Part shown: piece by piece, positions 39,929 to 51,727 of the stretch | Numbering within the stretch: the first letter of the stretch is position 1 | How the letters are laid out: the number at the start of each line of letters is the position of its first letter | Origin: Okamejei kenojei | Lineage: Eukaryota | DNA: 64,000 bases | NCBI GenBank assembly: GCA_035221665.1 | Contig: CM069155.1 | Location: forward strand, 30,504,001-30,568,000 | Reading direction: 5' to 3' | Program-made: the position numbers and the translations under genes | The notes under the pieces: generated by a model | What the model saw: only the letters and a program-made list of their open reading frames with translations | Databases searched by the model: none | What the model was told of the DNA's origin: nothing

Positions 39929-40545
39929 ATAGAAACATAGAAACATAGAAATTAGGTGCAGGAGTTAGGCCATTCAGCCCTTCGAGCCTGCACCGCCATT
40001 CAATATGATCATGGCTGATCATCCAACTCAGTATCCACGTACCTGCCTTCTCTCCATACCCTCTGACCCCCTTAGCCACAAGGGCCACATCCAACTCACT
40101 CTTAAATATAGTCAAATGAACTGGCCTCAATACCCTCTGTGGCAGAGAGTTCCAGAGACTCACCACTCTCTGTGTGAAAAAAGTCTTTCTCATCTCGGTC
40201 TTAAAGGATTTCCCCCTTATCCTTAAGCTGTGACCCCTTGTCCTGGACTTCCCCAACATCGGGAACAATCTTCCTGCATCTAGCCTGTCCAACCCCTTAA
40301 GAATTTTGTATGTTTCTATAAGATCCCTCTCAATCTCCTAAATTCCAGAGAGTATAAACCGAGTCTATTCCAGTCTTTCTTCATTAAGACAGTCCTGACA
40401 TCCCAGGAATCAGTCTGGTGAACCTTCTCTGCACTCCCTCTATGGCAATAATGTCCTTCCTCATTTGGAGACCAAAACTGTACGCAATACTCCAGGTGTG
40501 GGTCTCACCCAAGACCCTGTACAACTGAAGTAGAACCTCCCTGCT
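39929..40545 (-). mobile_element. CR1-like LINE 3' end insertion (present only in duplication B copy 1)
   Basis: DRLDAGRLFPMLGKSRTRGHSLRIRG...FFTQRVVSLWNSLP; (ATAGAAAC)n tail on +; absent at the paralogous point near 61957. Confidence 0.85.
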
Positions 40546-41584
40546 CTGTCCTCTCTTGTGGTTTACACTCCAAAAAATTTAGAATTAGCTGGAAACATCC
40601 ACGTTGGCGTATGTTCATTTCTTTGATAACCATGCATTGCTATATGTTTTGATACCAGAAATATGCACAAATTCATAGGTGTCAGAGGTTATGGGGAGAA
40701 GGCAGTAGAATGGGGTTAGGGGAGCGAGATAGATCAGCCACGATGGAATGGTCGAGTAGACTTGATGGGTCGAATGGCCTAATTGGGGCCTATTCCTTAT
40801 TACATGACCAAATTCGATATATCTTGATGGGATTCATTTTCACGTTCTAACACCTCTAAGTATGACATTGCTGTAAAATGCATTGCTAGGTTTTTCACTA
40901 CCTAACCTACAGATTTAATATTTTCTTAAATAATTGGAGTAGATTAACTTCGTAAGGTTTGGTATCATTGGATTCAAGCAATGTGCGTTTACTGTCATTC
41001 GTGGTCAATGTATCACTTTGGAGTTATTTTACATGAAGCTGACTGCAATACCCCAGACGATGGGCGGAGAATATGAGTCTGAAGAAGGGTCTTGACCCAT
41101 CACCCATTCCTTCTCTCCAGAAATGCTGCCTTTTTCCCGCTGAGTTACTCCAGAATTGATGTCTACCGGCGATAATGAGTTCCCCTTTCTTTGGTGTCAC
41201 CCACGATAGACATTAGGTGCAGGAGTAGGCCAGGAGTAAGCACATTTTCCACTGAAATAACAAAAGTTCTCAAAATTATTGAAAATTAATGTCGATACTT
41301 CCACATTAACGGGAGGTCTCATATATGGATGACTGCTTGATATTTTCATGCTGTGATTCCAGATTTGACAACGACATGGATGGGAGTCTTTGCAGGTCCG
41401 AGAACAATCCAATCCATCCCGTTCTCCATCTTATTTCCTCGTGACCTTTCGGCTCACAATGCCAATTAATGCTCCTACATTAACTGAAATTTACAATGGC
41501 AATTAGCCAACAACCTGCACGACCCTGGGTGTGATGTTTTTGTGATGAGAAATTGGAGCCACTGAGGAATCGGGGGTGGAGGGT

Positions 41585-41617
<33 letters not shown>

Positions 41618-44310
41618 GGGGGGGTGGGTGGGGGGGGGGGGGGGGGAGGGGCGGGGGGTGGGGTTCGTGGGGGTACCGTCACAGGGAGAAGGGGAAAATA
41701 GCGCAATAAGACTGCATCGGAGCTCAGGGTTCAACCCAGTTCGCTGGAGGTCCGAGCCAAATGGGTCTACCTGTAGCGCCACCGCCGTCCACACCAGGGT
41801 ATTCCCATCGGTGGACGTGAGAGCTGACTGAGTGATTCCTTTAGATTACGATTTAATCTCCTGCAGGATCCATGGGCTCATTCATTTGAAAGAAGATTCT
41901 GGGGCTAAAAGTGAGGATAACTACAATTTTATTTATTTCAATTATCTGATGTTTCATTTTTGGACACACCGATCTGGTCTGTAGTCATGCCACTATGTCA
42001 GTTTCAGTTGTGCTGAAGCAAGCGATAATTTAATTGTCCTATCAGGGACACATGACAATAAACTCTCTTGAATCTTGAATCTTGAATCTTTTATATTTCA
42101 TGTTTCATATTTTATTCATATTTTAATTGAATGTATTTGGCTTTTCCTTTGAATTAGATTTACTTAAATCTATTCTGTACCTTTAATTGCTTCTGAATGT
42201 CAGAAAGGTTTAGATACATTGAAAGATCTCCACTAGTTTCACAAACATTCAAAACTAGGTGGATGACGACATTCCCATTTTGTCAAGACTTTCAGGATGC
42301 GCTTTCTTGGAACACCACATCGCTCGCAATAATTATTAAAGGTCAGCTTCTCTCAGCTCGTTTCGGGGACAGTTTTGGCCGTTCAAAAATGCCCTTCCAA
42401 GTCCATTAAGACGACGTTCCGTGAATGTTGAATGAGGTGGTGGGTGGCATACAAGGGACCCGACTCGGGAATCATCTGCGACGACAGAAGATTTCTTAAT
42501 TCTTCACGGTCAAATCCACATGCTTATTATTTTTAGCTCACTCACTTAATCCGTTTGTTTCTTGTTTTCACCCAGTTTACTCCCCCTCGTAAGCGTTTTA
42601 CGATCTGCGCCTCTCCCTGTTCTGACTGGAAGGGAAGCTCCGTTAATCCAGCTAATGAGAAAACCCTGGATCATCGCATCCCGCCCCATGCTTCCGATCC
42701 AACTGCAACCCCATAGTTCATTCAATTTGATTTGAGGTGCATCTCACCATTGTGGAATCGATTTCTTATCGTCATAATGTGTCACATCTCAATGCTGAAT
42801 GCTGTAACGAATCTCGTTTCTAGTGAAAATCATCTCATTTTTCCCTTCCTTTCGAATGTATAGTATTCCAGTGAGATACAATTGTTGTGGGGAGGAAACT
42901 GCAGATGCTGATTGAAACCGAAGATAGACACAAAAAGATGGAGTAACTCAGCGGGACAGGCAGCATCTTTGGAGAGAAGGAATGAGTGACGTTTCGGTCG
43001 AGACCCTCCTTGAACACTCATTCCTTCTCTCCAGAGATGTTGCCTGTCCCGTTGCGTTACTACTGCTTTTTGTGTCTATCCAAGTTAGATACATGGCTGT
43101 GTATTAAAAGTGTGAAATTCTAAACAGATCTACACAACTCTCCTCCATGTCTAACTGATCCCATGTGCCCAACCCTCACCTTCCCCACTATCAGTTTCCG
43201 TAAATGCAGCCTCCCGTGTCTCTACATATCATCTCCTTCTGTGTCTAAACCCACGCCCCCCCCCCCCCCCCCCCCCCCCCCCCCCACCCCCCCCCCACCC
43301 CCCACCCCAGCCCTCGGCCTATTTCTTATTTTTGCTTCTATCAGTGCGTGCATCCGGATTATTTGTGAGGGGAGGTAGTCAATATAAAGAGCTAAGAGTG
43401 GGGGTGGGATAGGGGTTGGCTGGTGAAAAGGGAAATTAGTTAAGAAGGGGCAGAAGGTGCCATGTTAAAGAGGGGGAGTGATAGAGTCGGGAGAAAGCTG
43501 CTGGTGGGTGGGTGATAGAGACTGATACACTGAAGATAGACACAAAATGCTGGTGTAACTCAGCAGGACAGGCGGAATCTCTGGATAGAAGGAATGGGTG
43601 ACCCTTCTTCACACTGAAGAGCAGACAAATATCCAGAGATGCTTGCTGGTAGACAAAAGTGCTGGAGAAACTCAGCGGGTGCAGCAGCATCCATAGAGCG
43701 AAGAAAATAGGCAACGCTTCGGGCCAAACCCCTTCTTCACACTGAGTTTCTGAGTTTCTCCAGCACTTTTGTCTACTTTCGATTTTCCAGCATCTGCAGT
43801 TCCTTCTTAAACAGAGATGCTTGCTGCCTGTCCCGCTGAGTTACTCCAGCATTTCGTGTTTATCTTCAATATAAACCAGTATCTGTAGTTCCTTTCATAG
43901 CCATTGATTGTTCTTTCCCGCCGTAACCCACCTAGAATGACTTTAAAAAGACAAACTTGGATTAGTTTAATTCGGCGCCATGGCCTGGAAATACAACCAT
44001 GGCGAATGAACCGTTCGTGTAGTGCATCGTTTCCGTCCTAACTGTTGTAAAGTTATTTAGCTGAACTTAAAACTTTTGCTAACATATTTACTAATGTATT
44101 AATGCATTATTTAGGATATCATTGTTTTGGTACAAAATAGTCGTGTAATGCAGGGGCGATAATACGAGACATTATTGCTCTCCCCACCTTAATAAATTAC
44201 ATTTGTGCAATTGCTGTGACTGAAACAATCTATAAAAGAAAACAGACATGTAATATCTGAGCGTGAATTTTATTTCCAAATGTATCAATTCAAGACATCA
44301 TATTTTTGAA

Positions 44311-44640
44311 TCAAGCACAACCAGATCTGGCGATGTTTGTCTTCAGTGGGTTTGCCTGAGTCTCGTGTTGAACCACACAGGAGTTAAAGCTCGTGTGGAG
44401 TTCCAGTCTGACGCTGGCAGAGTCAGGTAAACTGCTGGTATGAACGTGTGTTGTCCAGATCCTGCTGGGCTCGGCCTGTGTCGACGCCATCACTTCTCGC
44501 ACTGCCATCCACCGTCCACCCAATGTCCACAACGCCCGGGTTGAACCCGGATTCACCAAACACACCAGAGTGGCGGTTGCCCTTTCCCGCGATTTCTTCC
44601 TCTGAAGGTCCAAGGACGGACACCGCGGGAGGCTGGGGAC
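44311..44640 (-). pseudogene. IGLC: Ig light chain constant exon, cluster 3, multiply frameshifted as assembled (possibly an intact gene with consensus errors)
   Basis: Acceptor ttctattttccag|GT. Pieces PQPPAVSVLGPSEEEIAGK / ATLVCLV / GFNPGVVDIGWTVDGSARSDGVDTGRAQQD / SCVVQHETQANPLKTNIARSGCA* lie in different frames; 330 nt vs 323 nt in C1 and C2. Confidence 0.85.
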
Positions 44641-47007
44641 CTGGAAAATAGAAAGAAGTACAGCATAGTGAATTATTAACGCTGGCCTTCCGAATCAAGT
44701 GTTTACTTTGTTTCCCAGATTTCAGAGATAGAAACATTTGCCGTTATTAGGGAACATTCAGAAGGCGGGGATGCAGTGGTGTCTAGATTTTAGAGCAATG
44801 AATTTATATTCGCATCGAAACAGGCAAACTCCTTTCGTGCCTTGACGTTCCGTTGACATCTGGAAGTAACGGGCCGTCTACTCCTGTTCCCGTTTGTTAT
44901 GTTTTTATTTCCACTATTTTAATAATTAATATATATTTTGCAAAACACGTGAAAATGTTTGTGCAACAGAAGATCATTTTACTACAGTTTGTCCAAAGGT
45001 CTGGAAACAATTCAACGATTAACATAAGAATAAATCAACGAATTTTTAGGTAGATATTCCATCCTTGAAATTAAATGCAGCGAGGTTTGGAGATTAGCAG
45101 CCAAACTCAAAATATTTAACTGTGATCAATGCCGATTGGTTTCCGCAACAATTTTATGAACCCTTCCCAGATGCATGCCCGGCGTGCTGACCGCTTACCA
45201 AAGTGCTGAGCACTTTGCGTTTCATTCAGAATTTCAAACTCTACAGTTTTCTGTATCACCCTTCTATCGCTGTCTTAAAACAAACTTCACACAGTTCACA
45301 CAGCGCACGTGTAAATATCACAAAAAGCGGTTAATACAGTCGCAGCAACATTTATTTATTTTGATCAGCACCTGAAAAAGCACGGATCTTTAATTTTATT
45401 GTATGGAAGGTTGAAATCCGTGTCAACCTCAAACTCAAGTCACTAATTCCATTTTGCCCGCACGGTCCAGAATAAAGGAAGATTGTTGATTGAAATATCC
45501 AGCGCGATTGAAATAATGAGCAGTTCTTAATGTCAGTTTATCGTCAGCCCTTCAAAAGTATAATAAAATACTTAATTGACTCCTTACCAATGGAAGCTTT
45601 GAAGATATAGATATTAAAAAATGTAAATATTATACAAAATAGATGCTTCTTTATATTCGACGTACCACATTCCAAACTAATGCAGCCAGACATTATATCT
45701 ATCGCGACAGCATCAACATGTTCAGTGCTATTTGACTGAACAACTGGCATTGCCCAATACAAAGGTATTCAAATAAAAGTGAACGAAAGTGAGTGACAAG
45801 TGTCAATCAGAAAATGCTCACGAAGGTGTTTAGTGTGAAATAAAATAGCGTCGTTTGCAGATTTTATAATTGTGTTTTTAGTATTTGCTGGCAATGAGCT
45901 TCGGCTCGGAAGTCAATTCGAAATGCATTTCCTCGTCGAATGTCACAGCAAAATGCTCATAAGGCATTGTTAAACACAGTCAGGACAATTTACGTAGAAT
46001 AACAAATGAGGTGGGGGGGACCATTAGGCAAAGAAATAGATTTCATGAGCATGTTAAGGATGAAAAGAGAGGTAGGAAGCATGAGATGCTTGAGGGGTAA
46101 TCCGGAGTTTTGATCTTCATGGTGACAATAGGTGACAATAGCGTTGGCGATTAAGCGGCCAAATTTAGAGAAAGCCAATGCCTCAGAAATTCCTGCGATT
46201 AGACAACATCCACGACTGTGATAACAAAATTAGATTTTTTTTTTAATCGAGTGGTTACTTAGACATGAACAATGAACAAGTGTACGTCAGCACGATGCGA
46301 TAACGGAGATTTCCATACTCTCGAGTATATAGAATATAGAAAGAGAAAGATTCAGGAATAACAAACGCGAAATAGGCCGATATTGCACTGGCGGAACCAG
46401 CAGTTCTCTACTTTCTTCTGTGCGTCAGTGACGCTTTCGATCACGATTGCTTTTGCTTCATCCGCACTTAACCATTCCCTTCTCTTCTCAAGGCTGAAAC
46501 GCTCGATAAGAGGATCTACCTAATAAGCGATTCGTGCGCCCGCTCCAAGTTTTTAAACACGGAGGCATAAGAGATGGCAGATGCTGCAAATGCTGCAAAA
46601 CAAAAACAAACTGGTGGAGGAACTCAGGGGGTCAGGCACCACCTGCGGACGCCTCGTTATACCTTGTCCTGATGCAGAGTCTCAACCTGAAATGTGGACC
46701 AGCTCTGTGTCTCCATAGATGCTGCCTTGTCGCTGGACCGCTCCACCTGCTCGTTTATTTTCCCACCTTGAACTAACAGGAAGTGTCCTTCGCGTTTGAC
46801 TTTCTTTAACTCTCACTCGCGGCTACTCACATATCCTGCGTTAATACATTAAACTAACAGAAATTTCAACTTAAACCAGCGACTTTATTCGCCCGTAATA
46901 TCGCAAGACTTGGAGGACAACTTGTAGAGCGCTTTGAAAACCGGATCAAGTTGAAAAGCGGACGGTTGCATTTGTGCTGAATTTCAGGTAGTCATTATTG
47001 TACTTAC

Positions 47008-47340
47008 TGCTTAGATTCAATTTGGTTCCTTTCCCGAAGCCAATATTTCCAACTAAACAGTAATAATCGGCGACATCCTCAGATCGCAGGTTGGTGATGG
47101 TCAGGTGCATCTTATTGTTCGGATCATCCACGGTACCGGTGAATCGATCTGGAATTCCAGAAGCTCTGGAGCTCTCATACCACACTAAGACTGGTGCGCT
47201 GCCGGGCTTTTGCGAGTACCAGCTAGTGTAGTAGCTGCTCATCTGGGTTCCTGAGAGAGTACAAGTGATCTTGACCGTTTTCCCCGGAGAAGTGGAGATG
47301 GACGTAGGGTCCTGAGTCACCAAATTCTCTGCGATTGAAG
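47008..47340 (-). CDS. IGLV: Germline-joined VJ exon, IgL cluster 3, in frame
   Basis: Acceptor ttatttcaccag|CT, donor AGCA|gtaagt; ASIAENLVTQDPTSISTSPGKTVKITC...WYSQKPG...DVADYYC-LVGNIG-FGKGTKLNLS. Confidence 0.95.
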
Positions 47341-47430
47341 CTGGTGAAATAACAAATTAATATTTGTAAACATACGATCTATCAGCAGAATGCAAAGTGC
47401 AGCTGCCTGATGATTATGTTTTCTACTTAC

Positions 47431-47479
47431 CATGGAAGCAGAACACGAACGCGGCCAGAACGCGAATCCATTCAGACAT
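47431..47479 (-). CDS. IGLV: Leader exon, IgL cluster 3
   Basis: MSEWIRVLAAFVFCFH + 1 nt, donor G|gtaagt, 90-nt intron, in frame. Confidence 0.9.
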
Positions 47480-47576
47480 GGTGAAGGAGGTGGCGAGGGT
47501 CAGAATCTAAATGTTTTCCAACAGAGGTCCGTTTCAGGTTCTTTAGAAATCTCCCCTTAAGAACTCCTCAACATCA

Positions 47577-47624
47577 CAACGTCACCGAGTTTTAATTATT
47601 CATGCAAATCCCTATCCACGTGAC
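47577..47624 (-). promoter_or_regulatory. IgL promoter module (CRE-like site, octamer 47602-47609, E-box)
   Basis: CAACGTCAC-cgagtt-TTAATTATTCATGCAAAT-ccctatc-CACGTGAC. Confidence 0.9.
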
Positions 47625-50600
47625 ATCGAATTACTGGATCATTGCAGAGTGATATTGACAAATCACCGGCATTTTTCTTACTTGGGCGTGGGGTAGAGGG
47701 CGGAAGGTATATCTAGAATCATAGAGGAGAACAGATGAGTAGCAAACTGCATGGCCAGATGTAGGAACTGCTATGTATGCAGTGGGTAGGCAGACAGATA
47801 TTTTTTGTGCAGAAACAGAAAATACTAGCGATGCTCAACACCTCAGAGAATACATGTGAAAAGGACGTTAACTTTAGTTAAGTCAATAATGCTTCACCAG
47901 AACCAAAGAACCAGCTCTTCACAGATGTAACCGAGTGTCACCACCATTTACTGTTTTTATTTCAGATTTCCAATGAAAAAAATACGTTGAAGATTTTACG
48001 AAGATTTTTGAAATTAATTTTAGCCTTAATTTGTGGAAACATTATAAACCATGATTTTCTTTGCAGTTGTTACCCATACCGATACAATGCTATGAATCGT
48101 TTAGGCTTTCGATAGCACCGCATAATGTTTGCAGCAACACACCATATTCATTGTGCTTGGAGAGTTTCAGCTTCAAAACAGTTCTCAATGTGTGTACGTA
48201 TATTTTTAGGTTATAATACTGTGTGACGTGCTAACAATTCAGAGGACGCTTCCGCCATTTCCGTATTCATCACCATAGGACTGAGAGCATTAATATTTCA
48301 ATTGTCAACTCGAAATGCTCAGGGCAGATTGATGGTCAAGAGAAAAGAAGGCGCAGTGTATCATTGCAATGAAGATATGAGAAAGACAACTGCGTTTTGC
48401 ACAATTACATGAAAACACAATAAATCCTTGAAACACATTTGACAAAATAAAAGGCCCATGGCCTTCAAATCTTGAAGCATTTGTCATTGAGGGCGATAAT
48501 ATAATGAAACATATTTCTGAATGGGTAAAACAACAAATCGGAAAATAAGGACACTTGGAAACTTTGGAGATAAATTGGCGCAATTGGGTAGGCTGAGATA
48601 ATTGTTGAAAAATTACAGAGTTTAGAAAAACAAGTCTTAGAGTCACAGAGTCATTGAGGGCTACAGTGTGGAAACAGGCCCTTCGGCCCAACTTGCCCAC
48701 ACCGGCCAACAATGCCCCACCTACATTAACCCCATTCGCCTGCTCTTGGTCCATATCCCTGCAACGTGTGCGATCAATGTACCTGTCTAACTATTTCTTG
48801 AAACAGTTTGGCCCGTGAGGTCATTCTGAGGACTGGATAGGCACGCGTGACTTGGATTGCTACTTTTTCAGTCTTCAACGCACTGGACAGCGGACGTAAC
48901 ATTAATGGCTTGGAACCATCTTGTCCTTGAATTGGTACTGGCTAAATGATTGAGATAGCTGCTGTTCAGTTCAGTGACGTTTTCGGACATTGGATTGTAT
49001 GCGGAAGTCACAAACTACACGATCAAGGTCCATGAACCACGTTAGCTTTGCGCTCAGTCGCTGGAAATTTGGCTGCATTTACATTCAGAGAGGAATCCGC
49101 TCTGAGAAAACGCGGCACAGGAACGTCAACTGATCCATTTGAGTAAAATATTTCATTGTGTGTCTCTTTTAATATCATACGATTATTTAAAAATATTGGA
49201 GAATTTCAGATGTAGTGATGTTTAAGAAGGAACTGCAGACTCTGGAAAATCGAAGGTAGGCAAGAATGCTGGAGAACTCAGCGGGAGAGGCAGTATTTAT
49301 GGAGCGAAGGAAATAGGCGACATTTCGGATCGAGACCCTTCTTCAGAACGATGTCTCGACCCGAAACATCGCCTATATCCTTCGCTCCACAGATGCTGCC
49401 TCACCAGCTGAGTTTTTCCAGCATTTTTGTCTACCTGCAGATGTATTTCAGTGAAGGTTGTATATGGAAATTCATATGATATCCAGTTAAATTGCGCAAC
49501 AACCACGTAATTCTGAATGAAAATGCTGTATATCGGAAATAAACAGAAAAGGCTGGAAGCAGTTAGTAGGTCAGATGGCACCTCTGACCACAGAAGCAGG
49601 GGTGACTTTTCAGATCCATGGCCTTTGGTTTCTTCGGGAAATCATTATTTCACACCATCAATTAAGTAGGGGTGTTATTTTAGCTGGCATTTGATCAATT
49701 TCCTTCTTTGGCTCAATTCTATCTCCCATTTCTTCTCCTTCCACTTCTGAAGCGATCATAACATCCATTTGAATAGGGGTCCTGATCCGAACTGTTATCT
49801 GTCAATTTAATTCCTCAGAAGCTGCCTGGCCCACTGAGTTCCTCCAGCACTTTGAGTTCCCCTTAAGATTCCACCAAAAGCACTCTCTTCAGTCTCTATG
49901 AAGTTAACACTTTCCTGTTTCGATTTGCGCTGTTCAATCTCTTTTGCATTCCCGGCACACACCGGGATGACCAAAGAACACTGCACCATCTTGTCTCGTC
50001 TCTATTCAAAATATAATTATGTTGTAGAAACGATACACCATGTCCATGATACACCAAAGAATATAATGCGGGTACCAAGTAATTAAAAAAGCTAACATAA
50101 TGCTATTTTTCTTTGCTGGCAATTGAATGAAAATAGAAGGATGTGCTTTTGAGTAGTTGACAAATGCCGCAATCATACCTTTGGTATACCACTAAGCATT
50201 AGTCTCTTTTTTAAAGTAATGTTATTAATGCCTTGAGTGCAGTCTAGGGAACATTTTTTACACGATAATCTGAAATAGGCAGGATTGTTGCGGAAGACTG
50301 GAAGGGCTAGGTTTGCACCTGCTGGAATTTAGAAGATCGCGAGGGGATTTGAATGAAACGTAAAATCTTGAGGAGTCTTGATAGAATATATTATTAAGAA
50401 CACTACGGCACGGGAAGAGGCCCCTCAGCCCACCAACTAGATGCCATGGCCCACCTTTATCTGCTTAATCGATATCCTTCCATTCCCTGCATGTCAATAT
50501 GCCTATCCAAAAGTCATTTTAAATACCACTAATGTATCTACTTCAACCACCACCCTCGACTGCGGGTTCCAAGCATTTACTACCCTCTGCGTATAAACAT

Positions 50601-51727
50601 TGCTCCGCATATCTCCTTTAAATTTAGAAATACTGTATGTAGAGGTCAGGTTACTGCTTAATATTAACGGAGGGTGGAGGTGGGGGGATGGGGGGTGGGG
50701 GACATCCATTCCTGTCAGGGATCAGGCGCTGGTTTCCCTCTCAACTTATTTCATATATTTTGGAAGGCGGAAGTAGATAGCTTCCCGACTCTATATAATC
50801 ATGATTTTGCAAAATTTTGAAATGTATTCTCCTCCTATATACTCATTCAATTGAGAATGTGGAGCGAAGAGAAAACGGATTCATGTACATTAGTCTAAAT
50901 TGGTGGATGAGGATTAACGCAGATTTGGTGCTGCTTCTGCGTTGAAACTTTCTATGACTATTTAAACCTCCTCCAGTAGGTCTGCCGCCACTCGCAAGGC
51001 TTCTTCACTTTATTTTCATCGACATATTTCAGCCTCATCCATTTCTCGTAGTCCCCGCTCCGTTCCGCATATTCACTGAACCCCCCCCCCTCCCCCCCAC
51101 CCCCACTTTCCTGCAATTCCAAATAAGTATGTTTTCTATTTTTTTTAAGTTTTGGCGAAAGATCATCAGCGTAAACCATTAACCCGTTTGCTTTCTCCAT
51201 AGATTCTGCCTTAGTCGTTATATGCAATTATTATTTCAGATGTATTACATAAGCAGACCTTCTTTGTCATCAGGAACCGCACTCGTCTTCTTTTCAGAAG
51301 GTGCACTCTATCGATGGCGATGACAAGCATTAAATATCAGTGTCAAACCGCATTCAGGATAATCCAGGGCAATTATTTGAAATAAACAGGTTTTTTGGCA
51401 GCGCAATACAGCGACTTATTTATCATGAAGCAGGGTTTCAAGTACTAATGCAAATTTCCCTCTGGTCGCTCACGATCCAATAAAATGTGTCAATAGTATA
51501 ATATTCCATCTAATGGCGCAAAGGCATATTACATCAGCTAAATTTCAGAACATTTGCGCGAAACCGCCAGACACGAGGGCAAAGTTATCATGGACAGTTG
51601 GACAGTTATTAAGCTGAAACCTCCAAGCTCCCACATAGAATCCGAATTACGGAGCTTGATTCGAGTGATATCTATTCCGCGTCGGCCACGCATGCCACCC
51701 TTTGTAAACATTTATGTGGGGATAGAT

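Larger units (their letters stand above)
37570..42960. repeat. Segmental duplication B, copy 1 (3' flank of IgL cluster 3; partner 54365-64000)
   Basis: Collinear shared junctions between repeats and unique DNA, e.g. gtggtagttgacgactgtgtttc (about 39906/61935), tacttccacattaacgggaggtc (41296/62443), cgatctgcgcctctcc (42601/63606). Confidence 0.9.

Noticed and set aside
41480-41831. Poly-Pro and poly-Gly ORFs (also at 22496-23039, 43163-43378, 52579-52986, 62614-62985)
   Set aside because: They are translations of G/C homopolymer or CT-rich tracts, with no splice or homology support; tract lengths are unreliable.
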